Shown here: positions 36,883-50,353 of the stretch, piece by piece | How the letters are laid out: each line of letters opens with the position of its first letter | Position numbering within the stretch: position 1 is the first letter of the stretch | From: Marsupella aquatica | Taxonomy: Eukaryota; Plantae; Marchantiophyta | Length of the DNA stretch: 64,000 bases | Assembly: GCA_973895155.1 (NCBI GenBank) | Contig: OZ316892.1 | Coordinates: 11,112,420 to 11,176,419 of the forward strand | Direction of reading: 5' to 3' | The notes under the pieces: model-generated | Database searches by the model: none | Seen by the model: the letters and a program-made list of their open reading frames with translations, nothing else | Told to the model about the DNA's origin: nothing | Program-made: the position numbers and the translations under genes

Positions 36883-39800
36883 ATGAGCGGTAATGGATTG
36901 GGTGTAGGAGGTTCCATGCGCCGTTCAAGTTTACAGTCTCAGAAAATGGAAATGCCCAAGCTGCAAGCGCGCATGAGCTCTCCATTCCCGCCTCCTCATA
37001 AAACACAGCTTCCCCCTCGCTATCAGGTGAACCCTGGTAACCCCTGGCGTTCCTCCTGCCGAAGGAATGTGTGGATAGTCTTGGGCATTCTCCTGCTTCT
37101 GACCTTTTGCTTATACCTCGTTTCAATCGTCACCAAGGGCATGCTGATGTCATCTAGCCATATGCGGACGGGCAGTCATAAAGGGTATGTTGTAATCATA
37201 GATGCGGGGAGCACAGGATCTCGTCTCCATGTTTTTCAGTACATCCCAGTGCAAGGTCAGGATCACCACGTCTCCTTGCCTCTGATCAACACTAAGGAGT
37301 CTCCCTCTCTCAAGGTTCGCCCTGGGCTCTCGTCCTTCGCTTCCGACCCAGCGAAAGCAGGCACATCTTTGAAACCGCTTCTGGAGTTTGCTCGAGAACG
37401 TGTACCGGAAAGTGACAGAGATGTCACTCGACTTTACTTAATGGCAACTGCTGGCTTGCGCCTGCTAACGATAGATTCTCAAGAGGGCATCCTGGACTCC
37501 TGCAGAACGCTACTTCGAAGCTCAGGTTTCTCTTTCAGAGACGACTGGGCCTCTGTCATCACAGGTGAGTAGAGCTTAGCTGTTTACAAGCTTTAGTTTG
37601 ATCTTCTCTTAACGATGTTATTACTTGGATTGTTGCCGATACTTCTCGAGATTGATATGATGCATTTTGGGAGATTTTTTGTCTCTAGATCTGTCTGACC
37701 AAAGTCCTTATAATATGGCACATTGTTATAGCATCCCCTTCCGTGACCCAGCGCTGATCAGCACAGGGTATCAAATTGGGCACTAGTTTGCGCAAAGCTC
37801 TTCAGACAGCACGGCTTGGCTTCACAAGATTTCGGAACAGGCACCGAAAATTCAAAACAATCTCGAGCATTTAGAGTAAGAGAGAGAAATAGGAGTTTTC
37901 TGTAAGGAAGCCAAAACTAAGTAGCTCGTAATTGACAAAGACGTATAAATGAAATTCGATTTTGCCACTCTACTAGGCGGTAGGTCTGATCTCAAAGAAC
38001 AAACTTAGCATTTCCCTTCTTACATTGTGATTTTAGAATGTCAACGGAGACGATAAGCTGAAGCCAGTCAAGGCAGGTGATGGCGCGAAATTCGGTGAAT
38101 CTAAATTTTCAAGACCAAATCCAGCAATTCCATAAGAGGGGGCCTTACTCGCTGTGTACTCAAAAGAGATGGGCGAGTTAGCATGAGCTAATTTCCCAGT
38201 AACACTCTTCTGTTAGGGATACATACCTTCCAGTCGAAATTTACAAGCTTCCTTACCGAATTTTTAATCTCTGAGCCGGTGAAAACTTGAGTTCGAGACG
38301 AGTACTGATATAAGACAAGTCAGGCAACCAGGAGTAATTCTTCGTCAAGATCGTGTTGCCAGAATGAGCGGAAAGCCCTACATTCAGTCCCCTTTCAAAC
38401 ATATTACCAGTCCAGTTAGCGAAGACAGAAAAATATATGATGCAGTTTTTTTGACAGGGATGCTCACAGCACAACCTCTTCTGGTTTGCGATGGCAGGCA
38501 CAGAGGAAGGTATCTACGCCTGGATTGCTGCGAACTATGCACTAGGAACTCTCGGAAGGAACCCTCATGAAACCACTGGAATTGTAGAACTTGGTGGAGC
38601 TTCTGCTCAGGCATGCAGTCTCATATCACATCTTGATGTCTATTGTTTGTTGTGTGAGTCGATTTGTGTGGGGCGCACTTGTCCACCTGAATGCAGCTTC
38701 AGTTAGCTTGATTAAAGAAGCCCAGAAATTGTGGCGACTAATGGCTATTAGGCAGGCGATAAATATAGGCAATTGATTGTTCGAAGCATCAAATGACATT
38801 GTGACTCTTTTGTATTTCATGGTCGTTAGCAGCTGGCTTTCCGGGTTGTATTTAGCTGCATCAAGTTGAAATGTAAGCACATAGACCAAAGGAAGAGATC
38901 TGTGAAAGCAGGTGCAGCTTTAAAGTCAGGCGCCTAACTCTGATGGACAAATGGTCAGCGTGCATTGTAAGTTTTCGAGGGATATGTTTTTATAGTACAT
39001 AGCCATGACATGCACTTCATTGGATCAATTCAGGTTACTTTTGTTCCGAAGGATGTCCCACCACCTGCCTTCAGACATGATCTGTCACTTCTGGGTGTCA
39101 CTTATTCATTGTATACATACAGCTTTCTGCAATTTGGTCAGGTAAGAATGGGTGATCTTAGTTGAGATTTATCAATTGGGTAATCAGCAATTGGGAACTT
39201 GTGGTCATCTTCGAATTGTAATAGCAGCTTCAAAATATTTGGGGTAGGTGCAATAGCACGTCTGCTTCCACTGCAGTACGGGGTATGCATGCTCAGTGGA
39301 CAAAAAGTGCTATCATTTTGGTTCTTATATTGTGTCTCAAGATATCCCGTCTTTTGTTCCTGGCAGGAGGCTGCCTGGGAAATTTTGCTAGAGTCAATTC
39401 TCAACGGAGAACTGGAACCTTGTAAGACCAATCATCATTCTGAACCTTTGGATTTCAGATTGTAGGGGTAATAGTTGTTACGAAGTTCCTGTCTTTCTCA
39501 GTTGCGATATTTCAGCTATTCTTTTGTCGGAATAAAGTGAATCTATCGCTAGTTCTGTTATAATTTCAGTCATCGACATCCGTTAAATTTTTGGAAATTG
39601 TATGCACAGTATTGCCTGCTCTGGAGAAAGGTGTGGTCTTGGATCCATGTACTCCTCGAGGCTATGTTCAGGAAAAAACCTTGCTACTTGCCGACGAAGA
39701 CAACAGTGGAATTGCCAGGGAGGCTATTGTATCAGTCCATGCTGCTGGCAACTTTACAGCATGTCGAATTGCTGCCCTTAGGCTTCTTCAGAAAGGCAGC

Positions 39801-41186
39801 GGTACGTGTCAGATGAATTTTCAATTGATTGGGTTTGATTAGTCAGATCGTCCAGGTACCTTTTCTCCGAAGACTCATGTACATCAGTGTGCGCCTGGCA
39901 CTACCGGTACTGCAATAATCCAGTTCTAGAAATATTTGTGCCTTGTCTTCTGAGCATGCTTCGTTGCCAGTCCAGCTGTCTTGGCTTGTCGGGTTAAGGT
40001 CTTTAAGGTTTCTGCTCTTACTAACATTCATCTTTGTTGGGTAATGGTTATATTCCTATAGAGAGCTGTTTGTACAAGAAGTGTGCTATTGGAAAAGCAT
40101 TCGTCCCTGAATTACGCGGAAGCTTTTTTGCAACCGAAAATTTCTTCTACACTTCTGAGGTTCGAACCCTGCATCTGTATCTGACAATGAAAGTTGAAGA
40201 TCTAGGTGAAACTAGAAAATAATCTTTCAGATAGTTTGGTTTGAGTTGTAGGCTAAATTGAAGTCTTAGGTTGAGCTAGTGAGCTCGTTGTTATAGTTTC
40301 AGCTGTAGTTCATCTGAAGAAGGTACAAATTAAAATTGTTTCTCCAGTTCTTTCTATGGTTGTGAACTGTTGAAAGATGTGACTGGAGAAAGTCGCGGGT
40401 ACCTTTCGCATTGTCCTTATTCTGCTTCGTATGCTTTGATTATCTTAAACTCTTGCCGGTGACTAATGAATGGCAAATGATGCAATGCTTTGGGTGACGT
40501 ACAGTTTTTTGGGTTGCCATCATCAACATCACTAGAAGCGGTGGAAGCTGCGGGGCGACATTATTGTGGTGAAGATTGGAAGGTGCTGCAGGAAAAACAC
40601 AAGGGAATGGAGTCAGATGACTTGCTTAAGTATTGCTTCTCAACTGCATATATTGTGGCCCTACTTCATGACACCCTCGGGGTCGATATGAATGATGACA
40701 GGTTCTCCATACTTACTATCAGTCTCTTGATCGTTGAAGTTTGCGAATGTTTCCCTGCTTTCAGTACTTCACAGGTTCGATTAAAAGTTTGCCCAAGTCC
40801 GTGTAGTCACCTTGACGGTGCCCTACTTTGGATGGACATCTGTCCTTGATACCTCCTGCGCAGCATATAATCTTGCTCTATGGCCCTATTCTCATCCTTG
40901 CCACCCGTCTTGCAGGATACGATTTACAAACCAAGTAGGAGACGTGCCTCTTGATTGGGCCTTAGGAGCCCTCATTTTTCACATGGAGAGAGAACATTTT
41001 GGCGAGGTGCCACCTGCATGGCCATTGGGAGACGAGGCATTCAGGATTTTTTCGATATTGGGGTGCATCATTTTAGTAGGTTTAGCAGTATGGTTAGTCA
41101 GAAGATATCGCAGGCCACACCTGAAAACTATATATGACCTAGAAAAAGGGCGTTATATCACCACGGCAGCTCGAAGTCATCGATAG
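36883..41186 (+). CDS. APY6: GDA1/CD39 nucleoside phosphatase (apyrase), APY6-like, with N- and C-terminal transmembrane segments
   Basis: Exons 36883-37564, 38498-38610, 39034-39141, 39367-39421, 39610-39801, 40062-40159, 40505-40701 and 40916-41186. Apyrase conserved regions: IIDAGSTGSRLHVF, LMATAGLRLL, ITGTEEGIYAWIAANY, VELGGASAQ, DWALGA. C-terminal KTIYDLEKGRYI is as in APY6. Confidence 0.95.
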
Positions 41187-43372
41187 TAATTTTTTGGAGA
41201 ATATTTCTCTCTGGGATTGCGCACCCAAATTGTTTGCTGAATGCCCTATCTAGAATCGATATTCAATTGGTAAGTCCAATTGCATTTATGCAACAGCCAT
41301 TTTTCTAGGTGCGCCCTAACTTCATTTGAAACCGAGTTACCGCTTACAGGTGTACACTAAATCCTAATTTAAGTACTGCCCGTTTGTGAGGGACGTATAA
41401 TCATTTGTACCCCACCTTAGTCTGAAACGATTAAATTTAAGATTAATTTCTCTTCTGAATTACATGCCCTGGCTAGGGATACCGTGTTTGTACAGGCCTG
41501 TGCAGTTCAGAATATTGTAAACACGCCTGACCCGATCATGCAGATTCCACTTCAAAAATTAAACGTCGGCCACTCGTGCCCGTGGACCTGCACTGGCGGG
41601 TAGGGAGAATAGTGTTATGTTCAAGATCTGTCCATTGCTGGCCTACAGGTGTAAAGCTGAATTCTGTCTTCCTGTGCATCCAGAGTCGGTCCCTTTAAAA
41701 GCCAACCTCGTTTGAACACCGGCAATTACTGGAGGGCGTGTTTTCTGTGAATTTTTTCTGGGATTCACAGGTTGAATTCCGGCAGCTTTGTTGTTTAGGG
41801 TTTAGTGTATTGTGAGCCAGCTACAGTCCAAATTTAAAATAAAATCTATTTTATTTTTTATGGTTCTTATAGACTTGCTTTTGGACTCAATTGAGCTCTC
41901 ACTCGCAGACTGTCTGCAAGACATTTCTCCCACTCTCTTTTCTGACCAGCCACCAAGCTGGGTGTTTAGAGCCCACCCACGTGAGCTTCACGAGAGCTAA
42001 TCTGGCTTGCTGACGAATCAAATGATATCAAATCAAGCTCTCTGGAACAGACGTAACAGCTCACGGACTCTCAATTCGCAATCTAGCGGATGGTCAGAAG
42101 GAAGTATGAGGGGGCCTCTACGTAAATCTAGCTGTGCGTTTTAATTGTAATTTGCATGCAACATGGGTGTCAAGATTTTGGTGGAATCTTGGCTTCAGAC
42201 AAGCGGCCACCAGAAAATGCCTTGGAGATGTCATGGTTTAGTGGAAAGAATTTAATATCTCGTTCTCAGGTATTCCAGAAAACTAATTGAGAGACCTCTC
42301 TCTATATGTACTGTCTATTTATGGTTTTCTCAGCTCTTTGAATATTGGTCTACTATCTACTGTGTCCCGGTAGAGTTTAAAAGAGATGGTAGCTTTTTGG
42401 ACCGGACTCTAAGTGCCCCTAAAGATATGTCTCTGAGAAGACGACGAAGAAATCTGAATCAGAATACTAATTCTGTCAAAGTTAATTTAACACATTTTGG
42501 ACAGAGATCAGTTTTCGCCTTGATCGAAATTCACTTTAACACTGCCTTTCCGACAAGCTGCTCGCTTTACATGATATGATAATCCCCCGCTTACAGGCTT
42601 TCTAAGTACTGTGATAAACGACAAGCAGACAAAACAAAGGGGTAACGACACAACGGAGAGACAGCAGGGTGCCTACCATCGCGTTCTTTGCACACGCCAT
42701 ACAAAACCATGATTCTCGAACTATTTGTGCAGAGAGAGGATTGCTAACTACTGAGTACTGCTAAGTGCTGACCATGCCGTCAAATTCCTAGTTACAAGAA
42801 ATTTGCCTGCTTCGGATTTAGCTATCCTCCTGTGTGCAGTAATGCTATGGATAGCCGTCCGTCGTACTTAGCCTACCTAACTAAAAACATTCCTGGTGAT
42901 GCGTCATTTGAAGTTATTCAGGGGAAGGAAATCCTTTAAAATGTTCAGACTTTTTATGAAGCCAATAGTGAGTACGGTAGCGATTGCTTCTCCTCCCCCA
43001 AGGCTTAGTTATGGATTCTCATACATTTTGTTGGCCTCGTTTACACACGAAAGCGGACTTTCAAGCCTCAGTAATTTCAGATTACTTTTGTGATGTGCAC
43101 ATGTCATGATAGTCATTCTTACCTTGTACCATCTGCCCTTGAAGGGCTACGAGAAAATCTCCCTCTAACCAGAGTTTCTTTCAGACCACACTTTCCAAAT
43201 GAAACAATCTTAATGGCAGAGCCCTAACGACTGTAAGATTGCTTGTGCAAACGACAGATTATCAGTCCTGAGAATACACGTGAACATCCGGCAAAAGGCT
43301 TTCAGTGCAACATATGGGATGCTCAATTCCACATCCTGAAGGAAAGCACTAAAACCCACCAGGGAGGGGAAG

Positions 43373-43416
43373 AGGGTGGGGGGTGGGGGCGGGGCGGGGG
43401 GGGGGGGGGGCGGGGT
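43373..43416 (+). repeat. G-rich tract (G-quadruplex-compatible)
   Basis: GGGTGGGGGGTGGGGGCGGGGC followed by a long G homopolymer and CGGGG, about 100 bp downstream of the DLDG1 stop. Confidence 0.85.
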
Positions 43417-43516
43417 GGCTGGTCACTAGGTATCTTTTGAGCCATCTTCATATCACTACTGCTTTCCCCGTCGTATCCAAACTGTATGCATTTTCAGTCT
43501 GCAGTCTGTGTTGCAG

Positions 43517-46500
43517 CTAATGTCGCTTCATCTCTCTGAAAGTAGCTGCTGCTGAAGGGGACAGCCTCGTGAGATATCGAAATACCTGCCACCAGTATTC
43601 CATGTTAGCCATAAAACCACGTAAATATCATTGCTGGGAGCGGTAAACGACAAGGAAATCTTAGGACCAAAGGATCATTACTATTATAAGTATGAGAACT
43701 AACGTCCTCTTCATCTGCTAGCAAATTTGAAAATTTGCGCCACTGTACATAGCCGTTAACAGACTTTCTCCACAGAAAAATCTCCCAGCTAATAACCTAC
43801 CCTTTCAATGCTCCTATGAGACTATTTGCAAGTCAACAGGAAAGATATCCATACCCAAAGCTTGAAGCATGCATCAATCGTGACAGGAACAATAGCCACA
43901 AAAATGTAAATCGAGCCTTGAGACACCTCCAGTCCATAATGATCGAGTAAAATTTCTATTACCGTCTCCCAACCTGATTCTGAATGATATCTGTGGATCA
44001 ATACAATGTATTAGAAGATTACATCTCTGCAGAGCATCAGCAGAAAAAAACTTAGCAAAGGCTTGGACTGTCAAACAAGAGGACACTGGTCACGAGCTCA
44101 CCCAAGAAAAATATCTGTGCAAAGAATAATAATGAAAGCTTTTCCGGTATCCGATATATTGGTGAACAGCCGATCCCCCGTCATGCGCATTATTGCGACC
44201 TGAAAATATGAGAGTAGAACACAAGACTATTAAATGAACAGCACCTGCAAGTTCTTCTGTAGTCCAAGGAGACCCTTCAAGAAAAAGGTCGAACTACGAG
44301 CTCAATATATACAAACGATGTCCTGTGCATAAATATACTTGGATTTCAACAATTAGAATCAAGTAAATGAATAATATTGTACCTGTTGAGGATTGAAGAC
44401 TAGAAGCAACAAACCCGTAAAGCCAGCCACGGCATCTGACCAGAGGTTGGCAAACGCTGACCTATTCTCCTCTCTCAAGTCCTCCCTTAACTCAAGTCTG
44501 CAAAACCGAAACATTTTTCAATTTGAGACCAAAGAGCACGTTTTCAGCCACAAGAAGACCTCTGCATCTCTTGCTAGAACGCTACTAAGGCTCTTACAAG
44601 GCAGAGATGGACTTCTAAATCATACTCAAACGAGCCTGGTCTCAAAGGTTCAAAACAATTCATGATAAGACTTAGTGTTCCATTAACAAAGCAAGCTTTC
44701 TGCTCCTGTCCAGGTCCAGGCCTGGCCTCTATCATTCACAGTAAGACACCCAATTTCAGAGTGAAATTGCTTTTGGGAAGACGAGTACTCCTGGACAAAA
44801 GAAAATCTGATTCAAATGTTTAAAATTGAGATAGGTCTTCTCAGTACAACTGCATTGTTCTGTCCGTGCAGGGCCCTGGATCTATGGCCGCCAGGCTACA
44901 GCTGGCGACTAACAATGAACGAATAAGGATGCCTAAGTTTTTTTTGCAAAGCGGAGCCTTCCTGTGTTATCTACTGTAGAAACGGGAAGGGGCTTTGTCC
45001 ATTGTCACTTGGAAGGGCCTCGAAAATTTTTGTTCTCGAGTTTCTATCCTAGATTCGAATATTGTTGTTAGTAGACACACAAGTGGCATATATATTTTTG
45101 AAATAGACTTTCAAAAGGTTTGGCCATGCTTAATAAAGTCAAAATTCCAAACAGCAATTACGGCCACCCAACTTGTCCAACACAACTTGCAAAACGTGAC
45201 ATATATCAATCAGGACATGATAGCTTTGGCTGGCAGACACAATTTGGAAGCAAAGAACATACGCTTCTTCCCGTATGTGCTCAGTGAGTTCTTCATCTGA
45301 TAGCGGAGGTGCTTTTCCAATTTCTGCCTCAAATCGCACTCGTTGCCTTTCCAATTTCAGTCTGTCAATCATGTGCAACTTTTGCGACTCCTTCACATCC
45401 AACACCTTTGCTGCTAAGGGCACCTCCTCTACCCACCTACGCAAAGCATCCAAGTAACACAATTTTGCCAACTATTAGTTCCACATCACAATTTATATAC
45501 CCAGGAAATCCACATGTTGAGGCTGTCATTGAGTCAATCATAAATATTCATAAACCCATTTTGTAGTTGACTCATAGGAAAACGTCCTCTAACCTTCTTA
45601 GAAAGGGAAGCAGCACATAGTCGTGCACAAGAAAATCTACTGCCCACGGCACCAGTATTAAAATGGTAACGAACTTGGCCTGCAAAGGATAAGAGAACTA
45701 GGTCATTTCACATAGCCAAACTCATGATCTGCATACGCTCCAAATAAAAAACTACTTTAAGGCAGCACCATAAGTTAATGTCAAGTGCAGATTCCCTATC
45801 GTAGATAAAAGTCAGGATTGTGGATGGTAGAAGCTCAAAAACTTATCGCCTATTCTCCACTAGTGCTTCAAGGAATACATATAAGATTTCCAATGGCAGT
45901 GAACATGTTTATCTCCACAACCAGATTGGCTTGAGCTGCCCATACACATTTAGCAACAGAGTTGGAACGCTTGGCATTTCAGGTTTGGTAAAACGATAAA
46001 ACTTCCCGACACAAGGCACGATGTCATGGATGGGAGGCTGACACAGACGAAAACTGTAGAGAAACTTGCAAAGGAAGACCCACGTGATTACGTGTCTCTT
46101 ATATTCGTTCGCAAAGATCTCACCTTTACAGGGGTCAAGCTTGGATCAGTGAGCTCCTCATTAATGTCATTTTTGACAGGGGTGATCATCCTTGTCTCAC
46201 TAAATTTTCATCAATCAAGCTATACTGATAGTCAAACGACCCGATGTTGAATCCTCTCTCCTACAGGAATTGTTAGAAGATATTGTACAAGCATGTTTAT
46301 TTGGCCAGCAGATGACTTCTAAAGCCTTTCGCACAACCAAAAGATTATATGAAATGTTTCTTAACCTTCAACAGTGATCAGGGGTTCTTCGTGCTTGGTG
46401 AATTTTGCGTTTGCTTTCTTGAATATTTCACTCGTCTGCTTCAAGTAAATTTACCGGAAGCTCATTGCTGGGAAACATCAGCATAGATTTAGAAATGAAT

Positions 46501-47971
46501 TATGTGCCACGGCGGAATTGAATTGAATTGAATTAATGTAAGACCCCTGGTGATGCCGACGTCTATTTCGTCGAGGTGGGGAAGGAGGTGGAGGAGGTGG
46601 GTGAGTGTGTCTGTGTTTGGTGGGAGTGATGGTCTGGAAAGAACAAGAAGAAGAATGGAATGCGTTACGTGCCTTAAGTGCCACAAGAATGTAGGGCAAC
46701 ACGGAATGCGAGGTAGCAGATTCCTAGGAAACGAAGAATGGACTTACAGTGGATTGGGAAGTGAAACGGAAAACCCTCTCTTCAAAATTGAGGTCGTCTT
46801 CAACTTCCTCCTGAGGCTCAAAAATTCGAACTAGTAACTCTTTAATTGTCCTATTCATTCCACGTTCAGGTTTCTTTGGAGCTTCTCGGGGCATGCCTCC
46901 TTTTTCCCACTCTGGCTGCTCAGCATACCAGTCACCGTCTTGGCTGCCCACATATTGGTTGTACCCACCCCAACTGTCATCGAGCCAGTCCTCCCAATCT
47001 CGATTATCTGGATCCCGGCCAGTTTCCTGATATTCTCGTAGCTCATCAATTGCTTTTCTCTTCTGCTGCCATGAATTAAACTTCCGGTCATCTTCGAGCA
47101 TACTGTCAACGTCATCCTCCTCAAAATCCTTCTCAAATCCGAATTTGACATCATCTGCAAATTCGGGGTCCTCCTCCATATCGCTGTCTCCATTTTCTGA
47201 ACCGTCCTCGGAATCAAAGCCATAGTCTTCCTCGTTTAGTTGTTGAAATAAGAATTGTTTCCACCAAGGTCTGGGCTGGGATGAGTACACTATCACCCTC
47301 CCCTTCCGAACGCGAGAACCAGAAATATCTAGCAATGTTTTTCTCCCTAACATTCCAGCTGGTCCCGCAAATGACAGCTTGACTAATGGCTGGGTAGGTG
47401 GTCCGACAGAAAAACCCGCAAGAAACTTACTCTTATTGAAAGTACCATAAATCGGAGAATTAGCAGAATAGCGAGGAAACCTGGCACCCCTACTGCTCTC
47501 CGGAGTAGCAAAATCTCTGACAGCTGAGGCAATCCTGACCTTCTTCTGCTTTGCAATCCACATTGACCACGGTCCGCCTGAGAGTTCGCGACCGTCCATC
47601 CATACCTCGTGGACATTGCAACCGAGCGCACCACTGAGCGAAGCCACAACGACTCCCTCCCTCGCTGATTTGCCAGGAATCTCACTCAAGACAGGCACGC
47701 CAATGCGAGGGTTTTGAATATCTCCCTCTTGAATCCACCAGTGGCCCTTCCGAAGATCACCGCCAGCACTTTGAGAGCGTCTTACCAAATTCCGCAGATT
47801 GCAGGAGGACACCACTCTCTTCCCGACAGAAGTTGCTCTGCTGCAATTGACGGTGTTGCGAACGATACCATGAAGAGGCCGTGGGCGAGGGCAAGAGACT
47901 CGACTGAAGCTGAGGCTGCAAGAGGGCATGGACGAGGGAACAGCCCCGCTGCCGCAGAGAAGCTCTCCCAT
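43517..47971 (-). CDS. DLDG1: Nuclear-encoded CemA/Ycf10-family chloroplast envelope protein (DLDG1-like), about 633 aa
   Basis: Exons 46748-47971, 45594-45679, 45263-45436, 44383-44497, 44102-44199, 43855-43990 and 43517-43585. Motifs: WEDWL, [118 protein letters not shown]. Confidence 0.95.
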
Positions 47972-48361
47972 GGACCGGAATTAAACAGCGATACATAGCT
48001 GCATTGAGGCGCAGACATAGACATTCTCCAGAAGGTGTTTCCGTTCGCGCTAACGAACCAAGGGTTTGACGATCTTCATAGCTCGCTTTGCATCTGCAGC
48101 AACCAAATTTCACCACAAGCACCGAAGATGGGCTCGAAAATTGCCTCGCTTCGGTCTCCTCCTCTCTCCCATAGTCACAGCCCATCCGCTCTGCACCCAG
48201 CCCAAGCAAACAATGTCGGCGAGCGCCATGAATCTCCTCTTTCCTCCATCAGGAGACGTGTCTTCGCGCACTGTGTTTGGGGCCCAAAGAAGGATCAGAA
48301 GATTTTCCATCGACTAAACAGTAGACCAAAAGCGTCCCCTATACAAAGAGACAAGAGGCCA

Positions 48362-48590
48362 ATTTCGCATCTCTAGTTGCATCGGAGGCGTCCGATGACA
48401 ATCTGCACCTATTTGGCATCTCTGGTCGCAGCAGAGGCGTCGGATGTGAATCTGCACATGCTGGGCATCTCTGGTCCCTGCAGAGGCGTTGGATGAAAAT
48501 CTGCATCTATTTCGCATCTTTGGTTGCGTCGATGAGAACCTGCACTTATCCTGTTCTCAACCTTGCAAGCTGGTTAATGAGGTTGGGTGT
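48362..48590. repeat. 49-bp tandem repeat x4 in the DLDG1 upstream region
   Basis: ATTT(C/G)GCATCTCT(A/G)GT(T/C)GCA..(G/A)GAGGCGT..GATG..AATCTGCAC units at 48362, 48411, 48460 and 48509; related copies at about 50780 and 51388. Confidence 0.85.
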
Positions 48591-48653
48591 TTAACCAAAT
48601 TCGTTAGAATATCGGTTAAGGTTGGGAGCTAAGTATCCCCTTATAAAGTATCA

Positions 48654-48769
48654 TAGTCTACCATATATGGGCGTCCCATGTATGCGGGACAACCATATAT
48701 AGTCTACCCATGTATGCGGAACATATAGGGTAGACCCACTGATGCAGGGAGACCAAGTATGGGAGACTA
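48654..48769. mobile_element. Small inverted-repeat (MITE-like) element adjacent to the Helitron 5' end
   Basis: Left TAGTCTACCATATATGG versus right reverse complement TAGTCTCCCATACTTGG; internal CCCATGTATGCGG repeats. Confidence 0.45.
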
Positions 48770-48771
48770 AT

Positions 48772-50353
48772 TCTAAACTATAATACACAGTTAGGCCACT
48801 TTTTAGAGTGTTAGTCATTCAAATTTACAGGGCACAAAAATTAAAAAATCTGGTCAAAGGTAAGTAACAAAGCCAAAGTGTGAACTTAGTGTGACACAAA
48901 AAGTTGCACCATTGTCCAAGACAAGCCAAATAATCACACAATACACCAAAAAAAATGAAAGACTTTAATGAACACAATGCACTAGAATCAATGCAAGAGG
49001 ATCAAGGAGTATACTCCCTCCATGATCCATGCAAGTAAGTATTGTACATATTCTCATCCAAATAAGTATTCTACATATTCAATATTGTGTGCAACATAGT
49101 TTTGTATAATAGTGGTAAGCAGAGTTTAATTGTTAATAATATTTTAGTCACTTTTGTGTTGATTTTCAGAGTCATTTGCACTGTCATTTTTTATGCCAAA
49201 AAAAAGTAATAAGGCCCAAAGACATAGTGAAACACATGGCACGGGCATTGATGGCAAGGTGTTGGGCGAGGGGCACACTTGCAATGTAGGGTTGCCCCTC
49301 AAAGGGCTCCAGTCACGCATGGGTGGGGAAGGGGGGGGGTGAGCGAGTGGAGTGATGGTGAAATGGGGAAAAGGGGGAGGTTAAGGTTTAAAAGGAATAA
49401 GAGAGAAAAGGTTAAAAGGGGTGAAAAAAACATCTCTCATTTTGTTATACTTTTGTGGTTGTCATAGCTAGTGTTTTGTGCAACGACATTCTTTATTCAA
49501 GAATTTTTTTGTGTAAGGAGAAAAAAGAAAAAAAGAAAAGGGAACTTTTGTGGCTGCCGTAGCCAGTATTTTGAACAATGATATCTTTCACTCAACAAAA
49601 GGTTTTGTGCAATGATATATTTTAACAAATTTATTTTTTTATTCAACGATATCTTTTGCACCATGATCTATTTCTCAACATCTTTAACCAAACAACATCT
49701 TTTACGCAACGCATGGGGATTGAAAGGATAGCGACAGAATGGTCATCTTTGCTAAACCCTAAAACCCTAAACCCTGAAACTGATAATATAACCTTGTGCC
49801 AATGTATAGAGTGGTTGCCATTCAAATGCAAGGGCATTTTGGGTAAAAAATAAAACAAAGAAAAATACTCGCTCTTTCTCTCATTGACTTTTACTTCATA
49901 ACATCTTTCACGTAACGACAACTTGGGTGAAACAACACCTTTTTTCTTATAACATATTTTACGTCACAATATCTTTGGCAAAATGACACCTTTTTCTTAT
50001 CAACATCTTTTACGTCACAATCTCTTTGGCAAAATGACTTATTTTTTTCTTAACGACATGTTTTTACTTCATGACATCTTTCACATAACAACATCTTGGG
50101 CAACACGACTTTTTTTCTTAACGACATCATTTGTGCAACGCACGGGTAATTTCCCTCAATGATGTCTTGGCCAATGCAACATCTTTTTTTTCAACGACAT
50201 CTTGGCCAACATGACAATTTTTTTCTTGACGACATCTTGGCCGACATGACATCTTTTTTCTCAACGATTTCTTGGCCGACACGACATCTTTTTTTCTCAA
50301 CGACATCTTGGCCGACATGACTTCTTTTGTGCAACGCACGGGTATTGAGCTAG
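48772..50353 (+). mobile_element. Non-autonomous Helitron, copy A
   Basis: 5' TCTAAACTATAATACACAG. 3' hairpin GTGCAACGCAC followed by GGGTATTGAG-CTAG|T. Internal about 36-bp CGACATCTTGGCCGACATGACATCTTTTTTCTCAA array. Homologous in reverse complement to 60043-61230. Confidence 0.85.

Noticed and set aside
7919-47971. Co-location of two chloroplast pmf/CO2-related genes (CBM48-NdhV and DLDG1) as a functional cluster
   Set aside because: They are about 33 kb apart and separated by three unrelated housekeeping genes; chance is sufficient unless synteny shows otherwise.
49754-49778. Telomeric repeat or telo-box
   Set aside because: Only about three imperfect units inside Helitron A; not a telomere and not in a proximal promoter.
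49900-50340. Regular repeats here and at 21680-22140 and 60060-60540 as a CRISPR array
   Set aside because: These are degenerate tandem units with no unique spacers and no cas genes, in a eukaryotic context, and they lie inside Helitrons.
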